IMG/VR virus record: IMGVR_UViG_3300020045_008142
Span: 6,372 to 70,371 of that record
From: a virus
Lineage: Duplodnaviria > Caudoviricetes
Reading direction: 5' to 3' (one strand)
Length of the DNA: 64,000 nucleotides
Positions 46,728-56,480 of the stretch are shown here, piece by piece (position 1 is the stretch's first letter; the number at the start of each line of letters is the position of its first letter). The position numbers and the translations under genes are program-made. The notes under the pieces are model-generated. The model had not been told where the DNA came from. It saw nothing but the letters and a program-made list of their open reading frames with translations, and did not search any database.

Positions 46728-48089
46728 ATGAAAACCTACGACCCCAATATCAGCGTTCGAGTCATTAAAGCCACGCCACGCCATAAATTCAGCGAGTTAG
46801 ATATAACGTACTGGTTAGGTGAAAACTCAGTCATTGAAACGACTAAATCAGTACACCAGCCAGCGGGTACGTTTACCTTTACCTTGCCAGATAAGCCCTA
46901 TAAAGGGCTATCACTCAATGCGTTACTTGAACCTATGGATTTTGTAGAGATTCGCATGACACACGGCGGGGCAACGGGTAGTGAGTTGCCACTAATCATG
47001 CGCGGCTTCATTTCTGACATTTCAAAAAGCGAAACCATAAGCGGGGGCAAGCCTCAACGATGGCTTAGGATTACAGGGCATGACATGGGTAAAATCTTGC
47101 AACTGATACAGGTAGTTTATTTGCCGTCCAGTATCACCGCAAAATACTACATTGCCGCATTTCGCTGGAATGACGTTTTTGCCGAAGGTTCGCAGGTTAA
47201 ATCTAAATCAGCATCTGACTTTATCAATGAAGCGGTGAATATCGTGGTTAATCCGTTTATTGCCAAATTTACCGCGTTATCCGCACCCAGTAAGCAATCA
47301 CGGGTGGTTAATCGCCTGAGTGTCGATGTGAACGTAGAGGGCATGGTATCGGCTTACACGCCCAATATGTTTGAGAATGTATCGTTGCATCAAATGCTAA
47401 CCACTATTGTTGATGTGCCTACGTTTAACGAACTCTATACCGAAGATACCGAGCAAGGCACTACGCTAGTCGTTAAGCCATCGCCAATGAAAGACCTGTA
47501 TACAGGTAAATTCATTCAGGGCCATGCAGATAGCATAACAATTCCAGAGGTTGACATAATTAGTCAACAAACCAGCCGCAGTGATAGCGGTGTTGCTAAT
47601 TACTTTTGGGTATTGCCTAATAATTATGGCATGGAAACCAATCAATTAATGAAGCAAATCGCCGCAGCGGATTCATTAGACACCTACGCCACTTTTGAAT
47701 ACAAGAACTCCAAAATGGACACTTACGGATTCCGCAAAATGGAAGTCGAAAGCGTGCTAATGCCTCCTGAATACCGACATTCTGATTCACCCGATGAAGA
47801 CAAGGTATCTATGGATAGAAGCAATGATGAAAACTGGATAGCAGAACGCCGCACACTGTTACGCGATATGAACCGTGATAATGTGTTACTGGAAAGTGGA
47901 CGGTTAAGCCTACGCGGTAATGAAGCGATTAAGGCAGGGCAGTATTTGAATGTTGAGCGTAGTGGCGTGGTAATTGGTGAAGTGTATGCCCATTCTGTTA
48001 CGCACACATTTAGACCAATGCAGAGCTATTTTACTAATGTGGCGTTTGATCGCGGCACGTTGTTTGCCAATGCGAATAACCTAATTTAA
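46728..48089 (+). CDS. putative baseplate hub protein
   Basis: TTKSVHQPAGTFTFTL...LEPMDFVEIRM...ITGHDMGK...FNELYTED...GNEAIKAG pattern. Confidence 0.65.
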   Translation: MKTYDPNISVRVIKATPRHKFSELDITYWLGENSVIETTKSVHQPAGTFTFTLPDKPYKGLSLNALLEPMDFVEIRMTHGGATGSELPLIMRGFISDISKSETISGGKPQRWLRITGHDMGKILQLIQVVYLPSSITAKYYIAAFRWNDVFAEGSQVKSKSASDFINEAVNIVVNPFIAKFTALSAPSKQSRVVNRLSVDVNVEGMVSAYTPNMFENVSLHQMLTTIVDVPTFNELYTEDTEQGTTLVVKPSPMKDLYTGKFIQGHADSITIPEVDIISQQTSRSDSGVANYFWVLPNNYGMETNQLMKQIAAADSLDTYATFEYKNSKMDTYGFRKMEVESVLMPPEYRHSDSPDEDKVSMDRSNDENWIAERRTLLRDMNRDNVLLESGRLSLRGNEAIKAGQYLNVERSGVVIGEVYAHSVTHTFRPMQSYFTNVAFDRGTLFANANNLI

Positions 48090-48205
48090 TGTAACTTTTT
48101 CACAATTAAAACAGTTTTTTGTTACATAGAGCTATCGCAAGTCAACGAGTAATTATATTAATCAATGACTTGCTAAGTAACACAATGTACTTTTGTTAAT
48201 TATAA

Positions 48206-48913
48206 TTAACCAATCGGCTCAGTAGTCGGACTACCCATATTGCCATTACCGTGTAGATGATGCTCAAGGCTAATAGTCCCCGCAATCACATCACCAGTTG
48301 CTTGTACCTTACCGCCCACGGTCACATCATCGGACGTTGTAACCTTGCCAACAATATCAACATCACCCGTGATTTTAACATTGCCCGTTATATCCATATC
48401 ACCTGTGACAGTGATTAACTTATCCTTAGCAGACATGACGATTTTAACCGTGTTGGTCTTAAATCCAACCGTGATTAAAATATCCTTATCGGCATTCTTG
48501 TCGTCTTTCCATTTTTTATCGTAGTCTTTGCCCGCTAGGTCTTCGTGTTCGCTATCCTCAGCCATACGCATAAACGCACCTGACGGGTGAAATAACTCCA
48601 CGTTGCCATCTTCACCAATAGTCGTGTAAACCCCTGAATGATGCTTATTAACCGCCTTGTTGTCTTTAAATAACCATTGCGCTATTTCAGGAACAATGAA
48701 CCCCAGCACTACAGGCGGTTCATTGGAAACAAAGCCGATAACCGCCCTGATTTCGTTTTTATCATCCATACTGGGTAGGTTAATCGAACCGCTATTATGC
48801 CCCGCTGTTGATTGCAATACCCGCACGCCGTACAATTTACGCCCGTTGTGTAGCTCACAATCAACTTTCGATTCTTCGGGGTGTATAGCAAATACTTTGG
48901 CAAACTCTAGCAC
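48206..48913 (-). CDS. baseplate central spike (gpV/gp45-like)
   Basis: OB-fold N-terminus, beta-helix repeats, terminal SLEHHLH (HxH metal site). Confidence 0.8.
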   Translation of the reverse strand: MLEFAKVFAIHPEESKVDCELHNGRKLYGVRVLQSTAGHNSGSINLPSMDDKNEIRAVIGFVSNEPPVVLGFIVPEIAQWLFKDNKAVNKHHSGVYTTIGEDGNVELFHPSGAFMRMAEDSEHEDLAGKDYDKKWKDDKNADKDILITVGFKTNTVKIVMSAKDKLITVTGDMDITGNVKITGDVDIVGKVTTSDDVTVGGKVQATGDVIAGTISLEHHLHGNGNMGSPTTEPIG

Positions 48914-48914
48914 G

Positions 48915-50405
48915 TTAAACCCTCAAATAAGAATAGCAAGCAGGGCTATTACCCTGCGTTAAATAGCCTGTTTCACCACATACGCCGTCATTAAATGCGC
49001 GGCAGGTTTGGCAGGTGTCAGTTGGTGTAGTCATATCAGCAAACATAAAAGAAGCTGAATATAGACTGCTTTTCATAGCCCAATTTAAAAATTGGCTAGT
49101 CGAGTCTACGCGGTCATCGTGCTTTGCCTTCGGGAATAAAAACAACTCTGCCTCATAATCTGGCAACCATTCCGCACACTCTGGAAACCATACTCTACCC
49201 GCTTCAAATGTCGAACACGCGGAATACATCCGTGACATTTTATCTCCCTCTGGATTAATCGCAATAATGGGCGTACTGGTCGATTGCTTCAATTCTTGAA
49301 TGAGTGATTGCCCACTGGCTTTGTCTTCAATCAGCACCGCGTTAGGCTTGAATTGCTCATACTTCGATAAAATTGCCCGTTTAACCGCTGGATAATCGCC
49401 GCGCAATACATAACAATCAAGCAGGTAATAACCCGCTGTAGTTTCGCCCCATGTTGTACAGACACTAGGGTCGTTAATATCCGCCGCCTTAAATGCGGTG
49501 TCCCATGACTGTATAACCTTGATAAATTCAGCGGGTGGCGTTTGGTAGCGCGTAGCAGTAAGCCATTCACGTTTTACCATACCACCAGACCTAGGCACGG
49601 GTATCTGTAAGTATTGCCCTGCAAACACATAGGGATTAGCCGATTCCATACGCGCCAAATCTTCGCGGCTATGCTTAGCTGTCCATAGCGGTTTATCGTT
49701 ATCATCAAGCACTGGAATGACTAAATGCTGCCATTTTTCACCGTTGCCACCTGCCAACAAAAAACCGCTTAAATCGTTTTCATGCAGGCGTTGCATAATC
49801 ACAATGATAGGCGTATCAGGTGAATTTAATCGGCTTTCCATTGTCGTTTGAAACCAGTCAATGACATTTTGTCGCATTACTTCTGATTCTGCTTCACCAG
49901 CTTTATGAGGGTCGTCGACAATTACGCACCCGCCAAAACCAGAACGCAATTTACCAGCACCATAACCAGTAATCGTACCATCTGCACCCGTGGCATAAAC
50001 TACACCGCTTTTAGTGGTACGCCATTCATCCTTAGCCTTACTGTCATCCATGAGCTTCACGTCAGGGAATATGCGCTGATAGGTTTCGCTCATGACGATA
50101 GCGCGGCAATTATAGGCGTTATTGGTAGCCAATCGCTTTGAATAACTCGCATGAATAAACTCGCTATCGGGGTATAACCCCATACTCCACGCCATGAAAT
50201 TAACTACGGCTATTTCAGTTTTTGAGTAGCGAGGTGGCAAGTTAATAATCAGGCGTTTTGTTTCACCCAAAACAACATTTTCCAAGGCGCGACAAATAAC
50301 CCGATGATGCCAGTTATATAAAAACTCAATGTTACGCCGCTGGTAAAAAACTTCCTGCGTAAAATCAAGTAACGATGTTTGGCATGACTCAATCCAGTTG
50401 GTCAC
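48915..50405 (-). CDS. terminase large subunit
   Basis: LIINLPPRYSKT Walker A, VIVDDPHK Walker B, IVIMQRLHENDL, QSWDTAF, IEDKASG, HDDRVDS. Confidence 0.95.
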   Translation of the reverse strand: MTNWIESCQTSLLDFTQEVFYQRRNIEFLYNWHHRVICRALENVVLGETKRLIINLPPRYSKTEIAVVNFMAWSMGLYPDSEFIHASYSKRLATNNAYNCRAIVMSETYQRIFPDVKLMDDSKAKDEWRTTKSGVVYATGADGTITGYGAGKLRSGFGGCVIVDDPHKAGEAESEVMRQNVIDWFQTTMESRLNSPDTPIIVIMQRLHENDLSGFLLAGGNGEKWQHLVIPVLDDNDKPLWTAKHSREDLARMESANPYVFAGQYLQIPVPRSGGMVKREWLTATRYQTPPAEFIKVIQSWDTAFKAADINDPSVCTTWGETTAGYYLLDCYVLRGDYPAVKRAILSKYEQFKPNAVLIEDKASGQSLIQELKQSTSTPIIAINPEGDKMSRMYSACSTFEAGRVWFPECAEWLPDYEAELFLFPKAKHDDRVDSTSQFLNWAMKSSLYSASFMFADMTTPTDTCQTCRAFNDGVCGETGYLTQGNSPACYSYLRV

Positions 50406-50895
50406 GATGCCTAGCCTTTAGGCGTTCTTCAATTGCCAAATCTTGGGCGGTAACATTGTTTTGCTGTGCATTGGTATTGTTAATTTCAATTTGCGCGGTG
50501 GTTGCGAATCGCGGATTGTGCTTTTGCATTACAGTCAGCTTATCAACGCCGTCAACTATCGCTTTATATCCCTGCCCAGTTTCTTCATTTTCCAGTAATG
50601 ACGCGGCTTTCCTTATAGCCAATACACCAAAATTCTGAACATCACGCGCAAAATTCTCTTTAAATTGAACAGCTATGTCTATCGCGCCCAGTTCTTCTTT
50701 TGTCAATCCTGTAGATAATTGATTTAATTCGATTTTCTTATCAACTACCGCGCCCAGTTCTTGCCCAGTTTCTTTTGTCCATGCGCTGACAGTGCCTTTT
50801 GATACATTGTATTTTTTTGCCAGTTCGCGCTGAGAATACGCCCCTGTTCTGTAATCAATAACCAAGGCTTTTTTTACTTTTTCATCAGCAGCCAT
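50389..50895 (-). CDS. putative terminase small subunit
   Basis: N-terminal HTH (YSQRELAKKYNVSKGTVSAW); overlaps terL. Confidence 0.7.
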   Translation of the reverse strand: MAADEKVKKALVIDYRTGAYSQRELAKKYNVSKGTVSAWTKETGQELGAVVDKKIELNQLSTGLTKEELGAIDIAVQFKENFARDVQNFGVLAIRKAASLLENEETGQGYKAIVDGVDKLTVMQKHNPRFATTAQIEINNTNAQQNNVTAQDLAIEERLKARHRDQLD

Positions 50896-51149
50896 TACCG
50901 TTCCACTGCAACATACTTGCTTGGCTTAACCGCCGTAACACTCTTATTTTCAGCGCATTTATAGATAAGCTTGCCTTTTATTCTAAACCCGCACATACAA
51001 AGAATATTAACATTATCAGACAATTCAACGCGTCTACAGCACGAGCAAATATATTCTATTTTATCGCCTTTTGGTGCTGATAATATATTACCTAAGCAAT
51101 ACCTGCATAAATGAGGTTCAAGCGAATAAGTCATATTGCATAATCTCAC
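50895..51149 (-). CDS. Cys-rich hypothetical protein
   Basis: CRYC, CSCC and CMCG motifs. Confidence 0.6.
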   Translation of the reverse strand: MRLCNMTYSLEPHLCRYCLGNILSAPKGDKIEYICSCCRRVELSDNVNILCMCGFRIKGKLIYKCAENKSVTAVKPSKYVAVER

Positions 51150-51645
51150 AGTAATTAATTGATTTTTTAATTATACACTTATTTTTTACTTCTTTTTTAA
51201 ATGAAACTGACTGATTAGAAAATAAATCATCTTGAATAAAAAACAGTTGATTTTTAATTCGTGATATTTCACTTATTCCCGATTTTGCCAAATCATAAAT
51301 TATCTCAGTTATTGACGAAACAACCCGTTTAAACACCCTGCCATTATCACAAATAACCTCAACAGGATAAAAATTAAACCGTGGCACTTTACCCCTAGCA
51401 TCCGCTCCACGTTCAAATTCATGCAGTCGATTATTACAGCTTACACATAATCGCCCTTTAACTATCCTACGATAAGTGCATTGACACCGTGAACACACGC
51501 TCATTAAATTAATTTCAATTGGTTTTCCCGCGTGTTCCGCGCCTATTTCACATGACTTGCACGCTAAAAAATTACCGCTAGTATGTCGCTGAGCGCATAC
51601 GCTAGGCTCTAGGGTTAAACTTAATTTTTCGCATTTAAAAGTCAT
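51118..51645 (-). CDS. Cys-rich hypothetical protein
   Basis: CKSCEIG, CSRCQC and CVSCNN motifs. Confidence 0.65.
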   Translation of the reverse strand: MTFKCEKLSLTLEPSVCAQRHTSGNFLACKSCEIGAEHAGKPIEINLMSVCSRCQCTYRRIVKGRLCVSCNNRLHEFERGADARGKVPRFNFYPVEVICDNGRVFKRVVSSITEIIYDLAKSGISEISRIKNQLFFIQDDLFSNQSVSFKKEVKNKCIIKKSINYCEIMQYDLFA

Positions 51646-51793
51646 GGCTTCTTAACCTCTGTTTTTACGATTGTTATAATGCATCAAATTAACTGGCTTG
51701 GCTGTTAGTGATTTAGTATTTTTAGTTTCGCTCGAATGGAATTTATAAAACATTGGATTCGTTAGCCAGTCTGTGCGAGCTGTTGTTAATAGA

Positions 51794-52186
51794 TTAATCG
51801 GCGGCATATTCAACCGCAGCCTTAGCGCAAATAAGCGCGCTCTCTAGTTGACTTAAATCACCAATAATTGAAAATGAAAGTATATATCTAGCTGCTATGA
51901 GTGCGTCTAAGTTGTTATACGAAAAAACAGCGACATACTTTCCCATAACATCAGTTATTAATTCAGCCTTAGCGGTGTTTTTTAACTGATACCTTGAAAC
52001 ATCTTTAATAGCTCTTTCAATACTATAAACGGCTTCTTTATAATCCTGTTTAGCGGTCTTTAATCGCCCATCAATACCACCACAAGTTAATTTTTTAAAA
52101 GCTTCTGCGAGGGAAAAAGGCAAGCCAAAAATATTAGCTACGCCGAAAGGGTCGTATTCACCAAGTTGTTTGTATGGATTACTCAT
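51794..52186 (-). CDS. hypothetical protein, weakly DUF3310-like
   Basis: AFKKLTCGG...KTAKQDYKEAVYSIER pattern. Confidence 0.45.
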   Translation of the reverse strand: MSNPYKQLGEYDPFGVANIFGLPFSLAEAFKKLTCGGIDGRLKTAKQDYKEAVYSIERAIKDVSRYQLKNTAKAELITDVMGKYVAVFSYNNLDALIAARYILSFSIIGDLSQLESALICAKAAVEYAAD

Positions 52187-52194
52187 TTAACACC

Positions 52195-52485
52195 TCATTT
52201 CTCAATAAATAAATCACACCTACGCGGTCTATCGTCAATTGATGATTTACACGACTGAGCGCACTCTCGACAGTAAAACATATTATTATCAATATACTTT
52301 TCAGTCAAATAAACTAATTCGGCTATTATAGCCTGTTTATTATCCACATTAAATTTAATCTGTGAATTAGATAATTTATCGCAAGGCGTTACTTTAAACC
52401 CGTCTGGTTTATTATCTTTACCGTAAGTTAATCTCAAGCCAAATCCTTTTGACTTGATACGGTTGGTTAATGGGGTGTTATTCAC
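52195..52485 (-). CDS. hypothetical protein
   Basis: 96-aa ORF in a tightly packed operon. Confidence 0.6.
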   Translation of the reverse strand: MNNTPLTNRIKSKGFGLRLTYGKDNKPDGFKVTPCDKLSNSQIKFNVDNKQAIIAELVYLTEKYIDNNMFYCRECAQSCKSSIDDRPRRCDLFIEK

Positions 52486-52723
52486 TTATTGAAATTCGCT
52501 TAGTGCTTCCATCTTCTTGATTAACAAAATCAATATATTTCAACTCACTTTCTCCATCATCAATCCAGATAAATTCATCAATTATTATATTATCACCATG
52601 AATTTTCTTTAGCTCTCTAGCCATAAAAACAAATTGGCAGAAATCGGGGGCTATGCGTTCAAATTCATCTTCACTCAATGCGATAAAGTCGGCGATTGTT
52701 TTAATGTGTTTCTCGTTGCTCAT
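52478..52723 (-). CDS. hypothetical protein
   Basis: 81-aa ORF overlapping the next start. Confidence 0.65.
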   Translation of the reverse strand: MSNEKHIKTIADFIALSEDEFERIAPDFCQFVFMARELKKIHGDNIIIDEFIWIDDGESELKYIDFVNQEDGSTKRISISE

Positions 52724-52739
52724 TCAAATACCCTATTTT

Positions 52740-53030
52740 TTAGTCGTTTACTGCCGTTGCCGTCCTCGCTTTTATCATTGCAAGTCTAAAACAATCCCGT
52801 GAACAATATTTATTTCTATTAAAAATCTCTTTGTTGCACATTGGGCAGCACGGAGTAACTAAGCAAGCCTCATCTTCTTCTGTGTCATCAACAAATCTTA
52901 TTCCCATGCCCTTGCCATCGGCAATTACAATCACAAAGTTATTACGCCACATCAAAAAATCATTGATCGGAAGCTGGGCAAAGTCATTGCAACACGCCAT
53001 CATGATAAAAACCCCTTCAAAAATACACAT
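52740..53030 (-). CDS. hypothetical protein with a C-terminal zinc ribbon
   Basis: CPMC...YCSRDC. Confidence 0.55.
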   Translation of the reverse strand: MCIFEGVFIMMACCNDFAQLPINDFLMWRNNFVIVIADGKGMGIRFVDDTEEDEACLVTPCCPMCNKEIFNRNKYCSRDCFRLAMIKARTATAVND

Positions 53031-53272
53031 ACTTGGTCATCATCAAAACTCGCTAAATACCGATAAAAACGTCTAACCCTGCCCAATGCCTTGCCAGATT
53101 CTCTTTTCATCGTTTCTTGCCAAATATCAAGCCTTCCTGTTGTTGATAATTGATAACCTGCCGCAAAAATCACATCAGAAACTTTGTCACGTTGCTCTGG
53201 TTTCATTTCTAGCCAATCTTTATCTTCGCTCACAACAAGCCCCCAAATATCGCGTTTAAGCAACTTTGGCAC
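53000..53272 (-). CDS. hypothetical protein
   Basis: 90-aa ORF in the operon. Confidence 0.55.
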   Translation of the reverse strand: MPKLLKRDIWGLVVSEDKDWLEMKPEQRDKVSDVIFAAGYQLSTTGRLDIWQETMKRESGKALGRVRRFYRYLASFDDDQVCVFLKGFLS

Positions 53273-53559
53273 TCGGTCGAGGCATTGAATAGGGTTAAGT
53301 AACGATTAACCGCTCTAGCATCGTTCACGGCTTGAATATGGTCGTAATATTCATCAATCGCGTTATCCAGTGCGATATTCGCATCTTGAATACCAATGTC
53401 GTTAATAATCGCGTAACCTAGTGCTGCGTGGGCAGTGTGCATTTTTTGCCTTAGTTGATTAATCACAAGTCGCCTCGCTATTTTTTTGCTTAGCATCAAA
53501 ATAATCAGCACACAAATTGCTATAAACCACCTTTGCCGAGTTATATGTCTCAGGGGCAT
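53230..53559 (-). CDS. hypothetical protein with an N-terminal hydrophobic segment
   Basis: 109-aa ORF. Confidence 0.5.
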   Translation of the reverse strand: MPLRHITRQRWFIAICVLIILMLSKKIARRLVINQLRQKMHTAHAALGYAIINDIGIQDANIALDNAIDEYYDHIQAVNDARAVNRYLTLFNASTECQSCLNAIFGGLL

Positions 53560-53631
53560 TTAGCAGTCGCATCATTTCCATTTGTTGCCGCGCTATGTCA
53601 CGCAGGGCTTTTATCTCATTTGCGCTTAGCA

Positions 53632-56013
53632 TTAGTAATCCCCTCTTTGGTGTTGCAAGTTATCGACACGGGTATATTTGCCCTCGTAGTACGCTCTCAC
53701 AGTACCTATACTGCCGTTTCGATGCTTAGTCACTATCAGCTCCATAATCCCCTTATCCTCGCTGTCTTTGTTGTAGACTTCATCCCTGTAAAGCATGATG
53801 ATTAAATCCGCTGTTTGCTCAATTGCCCCTGACTGCCTTAAATCTGACATCATCGGGCGTTTATCAGCTCTCGATTCAAGACCACGGTTAAGCTGTGATA
53901 ACGCCAACATCGGCACATCATGATCCTTTGCTATTTTCTTTAGACCTTCTGAAATTTTGCCAATTTTCAGGGTTTCATTTTCGGATTTACCGCCATCAAT
54001 CAATTGCAAGTAATCCACGGCTATTAGCGATAATTTTCCATGTTCACGTTCCACGCGGCGTATGACTGTACGCATACCCGCAAGCGTGATTGAGCTGGTA
54101 TCGCAATAATGGATTTTAGTTCCTGATAACAACACGGTTGCCGTGGTTAATCGCGCCCAGTCGCCATCCTCAAGTTTTCCAGTGCGTATTTTGTCGCACT
54201 CAATACGCCCTACCGATGCAATCATTCTTTCGGTCAATGCTGTTTCTGGCATTTCAATTGAAAATATCAGCACGTTGGGGCGTGATTCTTGCAATGCTAC
54301 TGCCTCAACAATACGCATCATTGCTGCGGTGTTGTGAACAACAGTCATATCCTCCAATAAAAACAAATGATTCCCGTCTATTTCAAAGCCGTAATAATCA
54401 TCAACTTTATCGTATTCGACTTTGATTCCCGTTTGATTCCAAGTTCGAACAGATGTCCATGCCACTGCTTTTTTACGGGCTATTTTTACTGGTATCTCAT
54501 CAAGGTTTCCTGAAAATTGCACTCGATAAACCGTACATTCAAATCCTGTTTTTTTAATACTTGCTCGCTTAGCGGTTAGCTTTGTTCTATATCCAAGGCT
54601 ATCGCACAAGAATTTAATCTTCTGGGCTAAGCAAAATATTTTTTGTGTTATCTCAAACATTTTTGAATCTTTAAGATAATGCCCGTCACTATCAATTAGC
54701 CCCGCTAATAACTGCAAACGATTTTCGCGTGAATTAATCAAATACTGATCTGGTATGTGCTTATTATTCAATACACCTACGTCTCTTAATGCGCCCGTCA
54801 TTGTGAATCTGGTTTTAAGGTTCTTTTTCTCTTTAGAGACAATGCTGTATGTTGGGCAGCGAGTAGTTCCGTCCTTCATGACGTAATCTTTTTTATTGCA
54901 ATCCAGACCTATTTGCTCAGCGTAATCGGTCAAATAATCGACAATTTCTTTATCAGGAGTAGTAATATCTGGGCTTGCGCTTGAGCCATCGCCAAGCCAC
55001 AACCCTAAAAAATAAGGCGATATAAGCAATGGCTTTTCCATAAAATCAACGGCAACCTTATAGCCCTTGTAATTGTTTTTAAACTTAGTCGATGAATTAA
55101 TGTAGTCAGTCAACGGCAGGTTAAGTACATCGCCATTACTATGTTTACCCTCTGTACGACTACGCTTCAATGACAAAATATGTGATTCATTAACGCGATA
55201 ATCCATTGCTTTATTTTGCCGTACCCAATACATGGCTTCTCGACCATTCGCCAATGACAAAACGTGCCTAGGTGTAGAATCATCACCCATTAATACATCA
55301 CCGACTTGTATGTCCTCTACCGCCTTTACTTCTCCTGAATACATTAAAATCTGCGTACCCTTGCTAAAACATTTACCCATTGAAGGTCTTGCCGCCAAAA
55401 CAATCATATCTTTGCGCTGTAGACCGTTCGTGATTGCATCCAAGTCGATTAATCCCGTGGGTACGCCTGTCATTGTTTCGCCACTGTCATAACGCTGTTC
55501 AATGCGCTCTACCATTGCCGCTAACGCCGATTTAATGCCCACAACTTCTATTTTGTCATTACCCGTGGCGGTTATTTCAGAAACACACGCCTCTACTTTT
55601 TCCAGTAACTCATCGTTATCAACAGTAAAATTCATTGATAATTCGTTCATATCCACGGTCGCTTTAGTCACCCGTCTACGCAATGACTTTTTAACTAAAA
55701 TTCGTGCGTAGGCTTCGATATTTGCCGCTGTGGGCGTATCCTCATGTAGCATAATCAAATAGGGCAATCCGCCTACGCCATCAAGCTCACCTGTGCTTTT
55801 TAGTTCGTCAGACATAGTTACGATGTCAAACGGCTGTGAGTTTTCAGCCAGTTTTTTAATGGCCCTGAAAATTATTTGATGATTGACGCTATGAAAATCA
55901 TGCTCAGTGATTTTGTCGCTAATCACATCGTAAGTGTCGTTATCCAGCATCAATGAACCGATAACGCTCTGCTCTGCTTGCATTGAGCTGTGCATCGAAT
56001 TATTAGCACTCAT
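53632..56013 (-). CDS. dnaB: replicative DNA helicase with intein
   Basis: AEQSVIGSLML, GVPTGLIDLD, LAARPSMGK, FSIEM, IAVDYLQLI, ALSQLNR, DLRQSGAIEQTAD. Confidence 0.95.
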   Translation of the reverse strand: MSANNSMHSSMQAEQSVIGSLMLDNDTYDVISDKITEHDFHSVNHQIIFRAIKKLAENSQPFDIVTMSDELKSTGELDGVGGLPYLIMLHEDTPTAANIEAYARILVKKSLRRRVTKATVDMNELSMNFTVDNDELLEKVEACVSEITATGNDKIEVVGIKSALAAMVERIEQRYDSGETMTGVPTGLIDLDAITNGLQRKDMIVLAARPSMGKCFSKGTQILMYSGEVKAVEDIQVGDVLMGDDSTPRHVLSLANGREAMYWVRQNKAMDYRVNESHILSLKRSRTEGKHSNGDVLNLPLTDYINSSTKFKNNYKGYKVAVDFMEKPLLISPYFLGLWLGDGSSASPDITTPDKEIVDYLTDYAEQIGLDCNKKDYVMKDGTTRCPTYSIVSKEKKNLKTRFTMTGALRDVGVLNNKHIPDQYLINSRENRLQLLAGLIDSDGHYLKDSKMFEITQKIFCLAQKIKFLCDSLGYRTKLTAKRASIKKTGFECTVYRVQFSGNLDEIPVKIARKKAVAWTSVRTWNQTGIKVEYDKVDDYYGFEIDGNHLFLLEDMTVVHNTAAMMRIVEAVALQESRPNVLIFSIEMPETALTERMIASVGRIECDKIRTGKLEDGDWARLTTATVLLSGTKIHYCDTSSITLAGMRTVIRRVEREHGKLSLIAVDYLQLIDGGKSENETLKIGKISEGLKKIAKDHDVPMLALSQLNRGLESRADKRPMMSDLRQSGAIEQTADLIIMLYRDEVYNKDSEDKGIMELIVTKHRNGSIGTVRAYYEGKYTRVDNLQHQRGDY
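54331..55371 (-). mobile_element. intein with LAGLIDADG homing endonuclease (347 aa)
   Basis: Starts CFSKGT after P-loop MGK, ends VVHN before Thr; internal YFLGLWLGDG and LLAGLIDSDG. Confidence 0.95.
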
Positions 56014-56480
56014 AAATCACCCAGCGCGTTTTTTAACTCTGCAATTCGCGCCTTATGCTGTTCTGGTTGTAGTCGCACATAGTCATCAACTGGTTTGGTG
56101 AAATATTCACGCGGAGCGGATGCTTCGCACATGGCCCTGAATTTTGGTAACGATGGCTGCCAATCTTCTTTGCTTAGCAACAAGGCTTTTAATCCTTTGC
56201 CAAGCTGCAAAGGTGTTACGCCTGATAAACCCGATTGCCATGTTCTAGCCGCGTCCGTTAATTTACCGTGTTCGTTAATTGCCGATACTCCCATCGATGA
56301 AATCCACTTGTGGCTGTAAATGTGAATCATACGTTGCCACAATTGATCCATCGTTTTGATGTCTAAGAGCATCGCGTTCAAGCTGTTCTCTGGCTTGCAT
56401 TCGTTCAGTGCCTTCGCGCATTTGTCGTTGGATGCTAGTTTCTTTGATGATGTGTTGTTGCTGCTGTCTTGATGTGTCAT
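56010..56480 (-). CDS. lambda P-like replication protein (start uncertain, possibly 56351)
   Basis: LWQRMIHIYSHKW...TWQSGLSGVT...WQPSLPKFRAMC. Confidence 0.7.
   Translation of the reverse strand: MTHQDSSNNTSSKKLASNDKCAKALNECKPENSLNAMLLDIKTMDQLWQRMIHIYSHKWISSMGVSAINEHGKLTDAARTWQSGLSGVTPLQLGKGLKALLLSKEDWQPSLPKFRAMCEASAPREYFTKPVDDYVRLQPEQHKARIAELKNALGDL

Noticed and set aside
48090-48205. dif site or protelomerase telRL site
   Set aside because: Does not match the XerC/XerD consensus and is not a long continuous palindrome.
50400-50408. TCGTGAC on the minus strand as another late promoter
   Set aside because: Eighth base differs, no nAnnnT hexamer at the right spacing, and it lies within terS/terL coding sequence.
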